A stretch of 64,000 bases of DNA from Alphaproteobacteria bacterium (GCA_965214705.1 OZ243972.1:672001-736000), one strand, 5' to 3'; shown: positions 19,801 through 29,319, numbered from the stretch's first letter. The notes: generated from the sequence alone by a model not told the origin. A program made the numbers and translations.

Positions 19801-20184
19801 ATGAGCGAAGAAAAGAGCGATTTGGCAACACTGTTCGGCATCTACAAGATTCATGCCGAACTCGCGGAACAAGCTGCCAGCTCAAGAGAGAGCTTGAACA
19901 AGCTCTACTCCGGTATGGTCACGGCGATCGTAGCGGGTTCGGTGCTAATTCACCGTGTGGCCCCGGATTCCGATACGATGTGGGTATTGCCAGTTCTTGG
20001 AATTGCTGTATCCCTGTCTTGGATGATGTCGCTTCACTCAGCGACGGGACGGCTGTCCGCCAAGCACGCGGTTCTGTTGGAATTAGAATCTAAACTACCG
20101 TTTGCCTTCTTGAAGCGTGAAAATGGGTACTGGGTTGCTTTGAAAGATAGAAAGATAACGCCAGAAGTTACACCACTAATTTAG
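19801..20184 (+). pseudogene. Small two-TM membrane protein, C-terminally truncated at 20124 by the IS1-like transposon
   Basis: Two hydrophobic segments; YKIHAELAE...R...N.LY and W......L.AKH.V...LE..LP pattern; codons after 20124 lie in the transposon TIR. Confidence 0.7.
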
Positions 20185-20213
20185 GAGGAAGAAGAATTCG
20201 GGGCAACAAATCA

Positions 20214-20342
20214 ATGCCAACAAGAAAGCGCCTGACAAGGGCAGAGCGAAAAGCCAATAGACGGGGGACTAGAGAGTACTATAGAAAGCAGAAAGATAAG
20301 AAGCTGCGGGATAAACGCAACAAGCGAAACAGGAAAAGGTGA
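20214..20342 (+). CDS. Possible 42-aa Arg/Lys-rich peptide
   Basis: MPTRKRLTRAERKANRRGTREYYRKQKDKKLRDKRNKRNRKR, followed by a GAGGGTG...CACCCTC hairpin. Confidence 0.35.
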   Translation: MPTRKRLTRAERKANRRGTREYYRKQKDKKLRDKRNKRNRKR

Positions 20343-20591
20343 GGGTGCCGTAACTTTGACACCCTCGCCATCAAAATCACAATGATCTAATCTATGACTG
20401 GCACCTACAATCTTTACCGATCGGCTACTCCCTCATTGCCAAATCCGCCCTCAGCGAAAATATGCAAGGATGATGTGGTACTCCTTTTTGCTAGTGGGGC
20501 GGTATTGCCCCGGTGCCATGCAGCGGCACCGGGGCACCTTGGGCCGAGATCGAGTGCGGTACAAGTTAAATTTCGGTAATCATGGCAAGCC

Positions 20592-20996
20592 TTACTCAAC
20601 GGCAACACCTATGGAAAGACAGCCGAATGTTGGTGGGTTAAGTTCTTTTATAATCTTAGAAACAGATCGGTCAAGAGAAAGCGGCGGGGCAGCGTTATTC
20701 TCTATTTTAATGTGGTTGGTTCCGGGGTGCAGTAGTTTCATATCATAGTCTGGATTCCCTTGACTATCATACGTAGAAAGTCCAACAGTTAGAAGATTAC
20801 CCTCGTACACTAATCTTATAGTTGAACTGATCCAAATCGGCAATCGCGTCTCCGTGTTGTTGGTCAGCGTCATAGACATTGACCAAGAAATATATCTAGC
20901 TACACCACTATCCCCAAAGCTGATTTCTTCCCATACTTCGCTAAACGTGACATCTTCCACAAGAACATTTCCATCTTCATCAAATATTAATGACAT
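20592..20996 (-). CDS. Hypothetical passenger protein, beta-rich, possibly 5'-truncated
   Basis: 134-aa ORF in AT-rich DNA; no motif recognised. Confidence 0.45.
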   Translation of the reverse strand: MSLIFDEDGNVLVEDVTFSEVWEEISFGDSGVARYISWSMSMTLTNNTETRLPIWISSTIRLVYEGNLLTVGLSTYDSQGNPDYDMKLLHPGTNHIKIENNAAPPLSLDRSVSKIIKELNPPTFGCLSIGVAVE

Positions 20997-21231
20997 GTTT
21001 TTCCAGTCATCACTTGTTCCACAAGTAAAGTTTTCTACGTGAAACAGGGGAGCTACCCCGATCTCGAAGCAAGGTTATTATATTCAGTGGGCGACCCGAC
21101 CAGCGGGTTTCCCAAGAGAAAGTTTGCGCCATCATTGTTCACGCTTTCTTTGCTAGTGTCAAGGATCGCAGCAACACACTGGAATCGTTGATGAATTGAT
21201 GAGTTGACCCCATCCTCTCTTGATGCGATGA

Positions 21232-21259
21232 TAGACTAGGTCAAGTAATGACTAGTCTA
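21232..21259. promoter_or_regulatory. Palindromic operator-like site upstream of the IS1-family transposase
   Basis: TAGACTAG-GTCA-AGTAA-TGAC-TAGTCTA directly before the AAGGAGG RBS. Confidence 0.5.
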
Positions 21260-21275
21260 CAAGGAGGATGGGAAA

Positions 21276-22130
21276 ATGAATCAGCTATCGAGGGAGAAGC
21301 GTAGACTTATATTACACTTGCTTGTGGAGGGAATGTCGATACGTTCTATTTGTCGAGTGCTAAAAGTATCTAAATCTGCGGTCACGAAACTACTGGTCGA
21401 TGGCGGCAAGGCTTGTCAGAAGTATCACGACAAAAAGGTACGCAGGCTAAATTCACTGGTGATCCAGTGTGATGAGATATGGTCATTTATCTATGCCAAG
21501 GACAAGAACCTGCATAAATGTATAGCCGCTCCAGCTTGGGCAGGCACGACATGGGCATGGACCGCGCTGGATAGTGAGAGCAAACTAATAATCTCGTACA
21601 TGGTAGGAGATCGGTCGGCAGATACCGCGATAGAATTCATGCAGGACGTAGAATCTAGACTGTTGAACAGGGTACAGATTACTACAGACGGTCATCCGGC
21701 CTATAGGGACGCGGTCTTAGAGGCGTTCGAGGGCGAAGTAGATTTTGCGCAATTGGTAAAGACATTTGACGATAATTGTCCCGGTATAAATCTAAGGGCC
21801 GTAGAAGGCGACCCGCAGGAAAACGATATTAGCACTAGTTTTGTAGAGCGGCAGAATCTAACCATGCGAATGGGCATGAAGAGATTTAGCCGTAAAACAA
21901 ATGCGCACTCGAAAAAAATAGAAAACCACTGCCACATGATAAGCCTGTATTTCGTCTACTACAATTTTATTCGTATACACGAGACCTTGGGAATCACGCC
22001 AGCTATGGCTGCCGGTGTCAGTAAAAGAGTAAGAGACCTAGATTGGCTGGTTGGTTTGATAGATAAAAATGCACCGAAGCCTAAGCGGCCCAAGCGATAT
22101 AAGAAGCGGAAAAAGAGAGATTGTAAATGA
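21276..22130 (+). CDS. IS1-family DDE transposase (single ORF, N-terminal HTH)
   Basis: EGMSIRSI HTH; IQCDEIWSF, QITTDG and STSFVERQNLTMR. Confidence 0.9.
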   Translation: MNQLSREKRRLILHLLVEGMSIRSICRVLKVSKSAVTKLLVDGGKACQKYHDKKVRRLNSLVIQCDEIWSFIYAKDKNLHKCIAAPAWAGTTWAWTALDSESKLIISYMVGDRSADTAIEFMQDVESRLLNRVQITTDGHPAYRDAVLEAFEGEVDFAQLVKTFDDNCPGINLRAVEGDPQENDISTSFVERQNLTMRMGMKRFSRKTNAHSKKIENHCHMISLYFVYYNFIRIHETLGITPAMAAGVSKRVRDLDWLVGLIDKNAPKPKRPKRYKKRKKRDCK

Positions 22131-22176
22131 AGTGTATCGAGGAACTAATTTATCCCAAAGGGATAATCATAGTCAA

Positions 22177-22770
22177 CTAGGTTTGCATACTGATATTATA
22201 AGTGCCCTCAAGCTGGAGGTTGGAAATCTCATGGACGATACCTTTATCCTTTGCCCAGTTAGCATCATACACCCGTTGAACGTCGAAAAATTCGCGGGCC
22301 TTGGAGCGTTCCAACAAGCTACGGCTGGAGATTATATCCCCAATCCTTGTATGGTCCGCTTCAACACTATCCAAGTACTCTCTGAACTGCCGACCGTCGA
22401 GCCTTGTAGGACTGTTGAAATCAAATCCTACACTGTGAAACAAAAATATCGAAGTGGGCGCACAATATCTTTTTTCCCCTGCCAAGAAAAGCACATTAGC
22501 GATTGAATCTATATGACCTACATTGTAAGTAATCAGGGTGATAGGTAATGACCTCATCATCGTATAGCAATGTATCCCAGCATGAACATTGCCTCCATTG
22601 CTGTTAATTAGCAAATGCACCTCTGCTGATCTGGTAGAAATTTCACGAAGAGTTATTATGAGTTCATGCATGGTTTGGTCATTTACGCCACGCGAAAACC
22701 ATACGTACTCTGTCGGTTTTGTTGCCACTGCTTCCGCCTCGGGGTTGTGAATATTGTTTGCACGTAGCAT
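22177..22770 (-). CDS. ClpP-family serine protease
   Basis: HLLINSNGGNV, IDSIANVLFLAG (catalytic Ser) and FLFH (His). Confidence 0.85.
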   Translation of the reverse strand: MLRANNIHNPEAEAVATKPTEYVWFSRGVNDQTMHELIITLREISTRSAEVHLLINSNGGNVHAGIHCYTMMRSLPITLITYNVGHIDSIANVLFLAGEKRYCAPTSIFLFHSVGFDFNSPTRLDGRQFREYLDSVEADHTRIGDIISSRSLLERSKAREFFDVQRVYDANWAKDKGIVHEISNLQLEGTYNISMQT

Positions 22771-22901
22771 ACGTTCTATTGAACGTCAAGAAAAAGGATG
22801 GCATTATGAGGATAAGATGGTTTAATGGTACCCTGCTTATTAGAGCAGGTACAGATGAAGAGCATGAAATGTTAGTGAAAATGTATGACTTACTGGAGGG
22901 A

Positions 22902-23210
22902 TTAAAATTTGGACGGGAGCTTGAAACCGGAATAATCAGCGATGTCGATGACGTTGAGCCTGTCGCCCTTGACGAATAGCTTTTTGCCATTGACCCGATG
23001 GGACAAAAGATGCTCTCTTATATCTTCAGCTGAAGTATTTTCCCAGCGTACAATCCATTGGGTCTCTGTAGCTTTCATGGCTTTGCGACTTTTACCATCA
23101 CCTTTTATTTCTTTAGCAATCTTATTGTAGCTGTCTTTATCCTTATTATCCAAGTCAAAGCTGATCGAATAGAGATCGGCGTTCTTTGCTTCGTCGAAAA
23201 TTTCTTTCAT
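22902..23210 (-). CDS. Small Cas2-like/'SinR-family' ferredoxin-fold protein
   Basis: YSISFDL......Y..I...I......TQWIV....A..I...L.....DRL.V pattern. Confidence 0.55.
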   Translation of the reverse strand: MKEIFDEAKNADLYSISFDLDNKDKDSYNKIAKEIKGDGKSRKAMKATETQWIVRWENTSAEDIREHLLSHRVNGKKLFVKGDRLNVIDIADYSGFKLPSKF

Positions 23211-23335
23211 TACGCTTCTTGTTATTGATATCGGCTCTCTCCACCGGGGTTCCTCGCGGCGGGGAATTGTACCACACTATTATTTGAGCACAACTAGGGA
23301 GTTAGAAATGTATCTTTCAAAGCAACCCAGTACCC

Positions 23336-23926
23336 AGGGGAAGATTTCTCAAATACGACGTGCATGCACTCCCGGACTTTGACGCAGAATTTCCGGAAGA
23401 GGAGAGACTTCCACAGACATTTAGGATTGAAATCAAACAGCGGGGAACCGGAAAGTGCTACCTAAGGTGGAATGAAGTATTCATTGGGAACCCGTTGACT
23501 GACAATATAGAAGCTTCGGATGACTATCGTTTTCATGATGTATTTCACTTTGCGCATGCAGCCATACTGCACTGGTCGCCTACATTTCGCTCGCTCATTC
23601 GGCAAAAACGCAAGAGTGATGAGAAGTTCGACGAGAATCAGGACGGAGGACGAGCGATCGTAATTGAGGAAGGTTTAACAGCATATATATTTGCGTGTGC
23701 AAAGGAGTTAAACTTCTTCGAAGGTCAGTCGTCGATTTCCTTTGATCTCCTAAAGACGATTGGGAATTTCGTACGAGGTTACGAGGTGGAGCAGTGCCCT
23801 CTCAAGCTATGGTAAGATGCGATATTGCAAGGCTATTCTGTTTTCAGGTCATTACGTGAGAACAGTGGCGGCGTAGTTGTGGGCAACAGAGTAACGCGGA
23901 CCATTTCTTACGAAGAGGAGGGATGA
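23336..23926 (+). pseudogene. MazG-like nucleotide pyrophosphohydrolase, MazG_C domain only; 5'-truncated with an internal TAA at 23813
   Basis: IGNPLTDN...DYRFHDVFH.A.AAILHWSP..R.....KRKS....DE.QDGGRA...EEG; frame continues W*DAILQGY..FR to a TGA overlapping the UDG start. Confidence 0.78.
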
Positions 23927-24600
23927 TGGCTGTTACGAATCCATGGGGTATCGTATCCATGGTAAGGGATTTGAGATTCCCGAACACGTTCAATCCGTAT
24001 GTCGAGCGGTGCGAGAAGTATGATAAGCCAAATGCACCGGAGATTAGAGCCTGTGTGCTTCTCGATATTTTGTGTGCGGCGGGTAAGGCCGACATTGATG
24101 CAATATGGATTGGTCGGGATCTAGGCCATCGCGGTGGTCGACGGACTGGCTTGGCACTGACTGACGATTTCTGGTTTTCCGCTCATACCAGACGATGGGG
24201 GGTGGACGTGGACCGACCCACACGTGGTCCGATAGTGCGGGAGAGGACCGCGACTATTGTGTGGGAAATGCTTGAACTGATCGAGGAAAATGTTTTTCTG
24301 TGGAACGTGTTTCCGCTTCATCCGTTTCCAAAAGATGATATGTACCGAGATCGCGCGCATATCGCGATTGAGCGCGACGCAGGCATGGTACTGCTACTCA
24401 GGTTGGTATCGTTCTTGCGGCCACGACGGATTATCGCAATCGGCAAGGACTCGGCACGAGCATTGGGCAACAAAACGGTGGAGGTGGACGTATTGGATGT
24501 ACGACACCCCAGCTACGGGGGTGAGAGGCGGTTTCGCGAGCAAATCGCTTCGCTTTACGGCTTAGGGATTTGTGATTCCCGGCCAAGCCTTCAATTGTAG
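23923..24600 (+). CDS. Uracil-DNA glycosylase superfamily protein
   Basis: FNPY, IGRDLGHRGGRRTGLALTD, ERTATIVW, WNVFPLHP and VRHPSYGG. Confidence 0.85.
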   Translation: MMAVTNPWGIVSMVRDLRFPNTFNPYVERCEKYDKPNAPEIRACVLLDILCAAGKADIDAIWIGRDLGHRGGRRTGLALTDDFWFSAHTRRWGVDVDRPTRGPIVRERTATIVWEMLELIEENVFLWNVFPLHPFPKDDMYRDRAHIAIERDAGMVLLLRLVSFLRPRRIIAIGKDSARALGNKTVEVDVLDVRHPSYGGERRFREQIASLYGLGICDSRPSLQL

Positions 24601-24741
24601 GATACGGAAGTACGAGTCGGAAGTCGGACTGGGGACGCCGGTGCGCACGTCTATGGATGGCTGCGTGTCAGGAATGGCCAACGCGTTCGATGAGCGCCGT
24701 CTTTATACAAGCTGTGGGAAGAAATTGGGGGAGGGCAAGGG

Positions 24742-25518
24742 ATGACGTTGCTCAACTTGGGTCCGGCTGAGGCGATAGAGCACGTCGGCAGGTTGGTTCC
24801 CGCTGGATGCGACGAAAACGCGGTATACGCTAGGTCTCTGCGATTTGGAGAGGATGATTCTGGTGAGGTCGTGCATGTGCCGGCGGGAAAGAGGTTGGTG
24901 ATCCGCGCCGGAGACCTGTCCATCGACTCGGATGAACTGGACGCGAAGAGCGCGAAGGGCCGAGGCGGGTACGCTCCGGTGGCGGATACCATTTGGACTT
25001 GGTATCGGATAGCAGGCGCAGGGGATAGCACACTTCTGATGCTGCTATTGGCCGCCGCCAGAAGGTTAGACGCTACACATGTATTTTGGTCAGGGACGAT
25101 GGATGCTCTGGAAGAGGCGTGCACTCTGGCTGATAATTTGCGGAGGCCCACCCTATTCCGGGCTTTGGCCATGGCTGAGGTGACATTGATTTCTTTGTCT
25201 CGAGGGATGGAGATGATTTATCGGTTGGAGAAGGAATTCAGCTTAGGCCTTCAGATATCCGAAAAATTTGACACCAACGCGAAGTCGCTGCGTCGGATGC
25301 GGAACGCTTTGGAGCATATCGACGATCGGGCGTTGGGGCAGGCCAAAGATGGAACGGCGGACAGTGCCATGTCCATCTTCTTTCAACCGTATTTCGTGGA
25401 CCACGGTGTTCTTACTTATGCCGGCGATGCGCTGTCGTTTGCCGAAGGCATTCCCAGGGTTCTGGGCGAGTGCCGGGAGCTAATCAAGAGTGTAATTGAC
25501 CTTCGTCCACGTGGTTAG
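24742..25518 (+). CDS. Hypothetical protein with a HEPN-like Rx4H motif
   Basis: Helical C-terminal half containing LRRMRNALEHIDDR. Confidence 0.55.
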   Translation: MTLLNLGPAEAIEHVGRLVPAGCDENAVYARSLRFGEDDSGEVVHVPAGKRLVIRAGDLSIDSDELDAKSAKGRGGYAPVADTIWTWYRIAGAGDSTLLMLLLAAARRLDATHVFWSGTMDALEEACTLADNLRRPTLFRALAMAEVTLISLSRGMEMIYRLEKEFSLGLQISEKFDTNAKSLRRMRNALEHIDDRALGQAKDGTADSAMSIFFQPYFVDHGVLTYAGDALSFAEGIPRVLGECRELIKSVIDLRPRG

Positions 25519-26029
25519 GTGATACGGCTTGCGCGTACAGACGGGTCGGTATCCGCCAGAGTCTCAAAGCCCAATGAAGAGGTCATGGAAGGCCACGCGA
25601 GGTCTAGAGTTTGATTCCATTCGCTTTCGGGACGAAGACAGGCGCCGCGCCTCTTTCGCCGGAGAAACCGAGGAATCAAGGATGTTCACCGGGTTGCGCG
25701 CACCCTCGCCGCATCGGGCCGCGATTCTGACGAAACAAGGGCATGTCGTGACTCTCGGCACGAGATCGTGACCTGCGGTCGGAGAGGCGAACGGTGTGCA
25801 ACGTTGGCTTTCTCCCCGGGCTCGGGTTCGGGATCAAGGTGTCGACCAGGTAGCGGTCGATGCGCGAAGCTCAAGGTGAGCGATCGCACCTCATAGGAAG
25901 CCGTTATCCCGACCCGAAGAAAACGGTATTGGCGGCGGACCGGCGCCCGCCTCACCCGCGGCCGGTCCTGGTCTCCGGTTGCCGTCCCCGGCCCTTGTCG
26001 AACGAACACCCGGACCGGCGTCCGGGGCG

Positions 26030-26290
26030 GACCCGGCGGCGGCTTCGCCTCGCTCTGGGGCCGGGGCGCGATCTCTTCGTTCGACGGGCGCGAGGGCAAC
26101 CTCACCCTGGACAGCGAGGTGACGACGGGGCTGATCGGCGCCGACTGGTCGTCGGACCCCCGGACCGGGGTCCGGGGCGCGCCGATGGACGGCGGGGCTG
26201 GCGATCGGCCATTCCACCGGCACGGGCGGCTACCGCTCGGGCGGCTGCGGCGAGGGCAATTGCGGCGGCGAATTCGAGGCCAGGGGTCGA
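26030..26290 (+). pseudogene. Fragment of an autotransporter-like beta-barrel domain
   Basis: GGGFASLWGRGAISSFDGREGNLTLDSEVTTGLIGADW...AGLAIGHSTGTGGY, without a proper start or end. Confidence 0.6.
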
Positions 26291-26302
26291 GAGCTTGCTG
26301 CA

Positions 26303-26506
26303 ATGGTGAAGGTGCTCGACGGGCTCAGGGCGGGCAAGTCGCAACGCAGCATGGCACGTGACATCTGGGGGGACGCGAGGGTGGCCGTCGAGCGGAGTTC
26401 CAAAAGCTGGATGCGCTCTCAGGTGCGGCGGTGGATCCCGAAGGTCAAGGCGATGGTCGACGGGGGCTGGCGCGATCTGGTGCCGCGCACCGTGCCGGAG
26501 GAGTGA
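26303..26506 (+). pseudogene. DUF2285-like C-terminal fragment
   Basis: VLDGLRAGKSQR.MA..IWG.......MRSQVRR.......MVDGGWRDL. Confidence 0.6.
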
Positions 26507-28342
26507 CGGGACGACGCGCAGGTCCGGGGGTCGTCCGGCGGGGCTGCGGTCGGGGAGGACGCGCGAAGAGCGGAAGGGGCGGAGGGTCGAATCAATCCGG
26601 TGACTGTTCGATTACGGAATCACGAAGGCGGGTGTGGGGTGGGTATTATCCGGGAATGCCGTTGCGGCTCCCCTCTTCTGCCGATGGCGTGGTCGGACGC
26701 CGCCAGCAATCGCCACCGATCCGGCTTCCCAAGTGGACAATCGGGAGCGCGGGGTGGAAAACATCTGATCCCGGCATGAAGATATACGAACAGTTATGAC
26801 TTTAATCTTTTGCAATAAAATGATTAATTGACGACACTGAGCAAATGCAACACCAATGTCCTCGACGGCACCAGGGTGGTCGCCCAACGCCGCGCGTACG
26901 TTGCCTCTGTTAACAGCGGCGGAATAATGCCCCACGCGGAGCGGCCGGGCGGTCTGGTCGCGGCGGCGCAAGAATGCGCCATCCATGGTCCCTTGTCTGT
27001 GTGGACGCGGGGCGGGCAAAGAATTCGGCCCCGTGGCGAGCCGGAAACGGGGTAATTTTCGCAATACTCACCCTGGTGCCCCTTGGTCCCTCCTCCACCC
27101 CCGCGCGCGCCGACGGGCCTCCAGCCGCCTTCTGGAGCCATATCGGCTGTGACGCCATGCTGGTTGGCCGCCGCCCGTCGCCAGGAGTCCCTTTCGCTAA
27201 GAAATGGGGCCCACTCGCGCGCTCTCAGAACTGGGGTCCCCTATTCCGCTGCCTCGCAAATGCGGTTCCCTCTCCGTACCGGACGCCGGGGGCATACATA
27301 TACAGAAGGGGCCCCGATCATGGGACCCGCAGCCCTCCCTCCCCCTCGCCTTTCGTCCGCGCGCCGGCGTGCCTCTCTTTTTCGCCCACCACGTGCACCC
27401 GCCGCCCGGCCACGAGCGCCCGCGCCCATCACCCAGCGCCACACGCACGCGCTCATCCAGGTCGAGATCATCGAGGCGCACGCGCTCGGCGTGGTGCGCC
27501 TGCGGCGCCGGGACCGGACCGACGCTTCGGGAGCGGGGGCAGGGGGCAAGGGCCTCGTCGGGTGGGCATGGATGTGGGCATGGGGAGGGGATGGCTTGGG
27601 AAAGTTGCCATTACCGGCGGTTTGGGTGCGAGGTTCGATAGTCTTCATGTCCGCCACGCGGCAAAATCGAGCCTGGACGGGTCTCAAGCCAGCCCTGAGA
27701 TCGCCGGCGCTGGCCAGATCCCCTCGCCAGGCAACCCAAGGGCGCTCATCTCCCCCGATCGCCCGGCGTGAGGACCATCGTAGCCCCTCGCGCGCGCGCG
27801 CGCGCGTTTTTGGGCGCCCAACCCGTGCCAGAGGGCGGTAGGGCGAGCTGTCAGCGCTTCTGCCCTATCTATAGACGCATGGCGGGATACTAGCTCTGGA
27901 TATTGGCTGGGCTGCGGGCGGGGTCTCGCCCCGTGGGGGTTGAGCGTGCGGCCTCGAGACGTCTGTGGCGGGCCTACCCGCGGTATCTTCGCAAGCGAGG
28001 CGCATACCGGACGGTCCAAGCGCTGGGAGCCAGCGATGTTCCGCCGCTGTTCTCGGTCTTGGCGTGGCTGCCTGGCGGGGTGCGCTTGCAGCCTCGACCC
28101 CGTCGAACAGGTGTTTTGGATAGAAGTCGGCCGAAATCCAGGCTCAGCGCGGGTTGTGGCGTTGTGGCGGATACAGAGGGGGTAGGAAGGAGGGATGAAC
28201 GAAGGGGAATCGAAGGCATCGGTCGACACATCGGCTTTCAACGACTCTAGCTTGTGTCACACACACACTAAATCATTGACCGCGCGGGATTATCACCGAC
28301 ACACACCTTCATAATTCTTGCCTATAGAATAAGCTATGATCG

Positions 28343-28858
28343 ATGTTGCTGTTCCGCAACATTTCAGGCTTATTAGACAGACACAGCTCCGCCCTGACCC
28401 CTTCTTTCGTTCACTCCCAGGAATTAGCGTTCTATCCGCCACAACCGGGGCAGCAGCGGTCTAGGCAGGTCGACCACACCCGGCGGTCTAGCAATCAGAA
28501 CAACGACCTAGCCCATTTCCTCTCCCGCGCTGCCCTCGCCCAAATTGTTGCGGATAGAGAGCACAGCGTATCAGCGACGTGCCGCCCCCCTATCCGCAAC
28601 ACAGCCCGAGATAGGGACGCATCGGCTGCGGCCTCCTCGCCGTCGCTCTACCAGCAAGCCATCTACCGGATCGACCCGACCGTGAACCCAGCCGGCGTCG
28701 AGGGGTCCATAAGGTTGCAGTACGGCAACCTGGACCACCTGCCTCACGAGACCTTCGTCGCGGAGGTCGCCCTGGCCCGGCGGTGCGAGGAAGTAGCGCC
28801 GTGCTTCTTGCGCGGCGTCGCGGACAGCTACGGCATGACCGATCAATTCGACGCCTAG
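28343..28858 (+). CDS. Hypothetical protein; only the C-terminal ~75 aa look protein-like
   Basis: YQQAIYRIDPTVNPAGVEGSIRLQYG...; no family recognised. Confidence 0.35.
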   Translation: MLLFRNISGLLDRHSSALTPSFVHSQELAFYPPQPGQQRSRQVDHTRRSSNQNNDLAHFLSRAALAQIVADREHSVSATCRPPIRNTARDRDASAAASSPSLYQQAIYRIDPTVNPAGVEGSIRLQYGNLDHLPHETFVAEVALARRCEEVAPCFLRGVADSYGMTDQFDA

Positions 28859-28859
28859 G

Positions 28860-29198
28860 AGACCATCAAGTGCCACCGCGAGATCATGCACGCGAGGGAG
28901 CGGTGCCGGGTCATCGACAGCTGCAACGAGAGGCGCCTGCACTCGGCGCTCGGATACCTAAGGAAGGTCTGAATAAGTGCCTCCTGCATTTCTCAGACGC
29001 GCAAGGCGGAAGCGCGCTTTCCGCTTTGCTCACATTTTCAGTGACTTACAGCCACCGAAAATGGTGGCACATCCCTGTGCCACGGGAACACCTGATAAAT
29101 CAGAGGTTCCCTAAGCCCCATCCGCTTCGAGGAGGAACAGTCCCGCAAGCCGGTCAAAGCAGCCGCGTGAAACTGTCCGGCCCCAGGGGCCCACTCCA
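28860..29198 (+). mobile_element. IS3-family 3' remnant
   Basis: NERRLHSALGYL|SPIRFEE integrase-core tail, and terminal ...AACTGTCCGGCCCCAGGGGCCCACTCCA. Confidence 0.75.
28962..29110. mobile_element. 149-bp IS5-like non-autonomous element (MITE or deletion derivative)
   Basis: Ends GGAAGGTCTGAATAA and TAAATCAGAGGTTCC; CTAA TSD at 28958..28961 and 29111..29114; removal restores the IS3 frame. Confidence 0.7.
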
Positions 29199-29319
29199 TG
29201 CGGCGGCGTAAGAATGTACTACTGGCACGGCGCCGGCTTGTCCCTGTAGTGCACAGGGGGAGACCCACGCGGCTTCGTGTAGCGCCCTACGCTACGCGAA
29301 GCCGCGTGGGAGATTCCTG

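Larger units (their letters stand above)
20125..23335. mobile_element. IS1-family transposon with passenger genes (3211 bp, AT-rich)
   Basis: Perfect 25-bp TIRs GGGTACTGGGTTGCTTTGAAAGATA at 20125..20149 and 23311..23335; central transposase; no matching TSD. Confidence 0.9.

Noticed and set aside
22902-23210. CRISPR-Cas locus suggested by the Cas2-like protein
   Set aside because: No cas1 or other cas genes, and no repeat-spacer array seen in the window.
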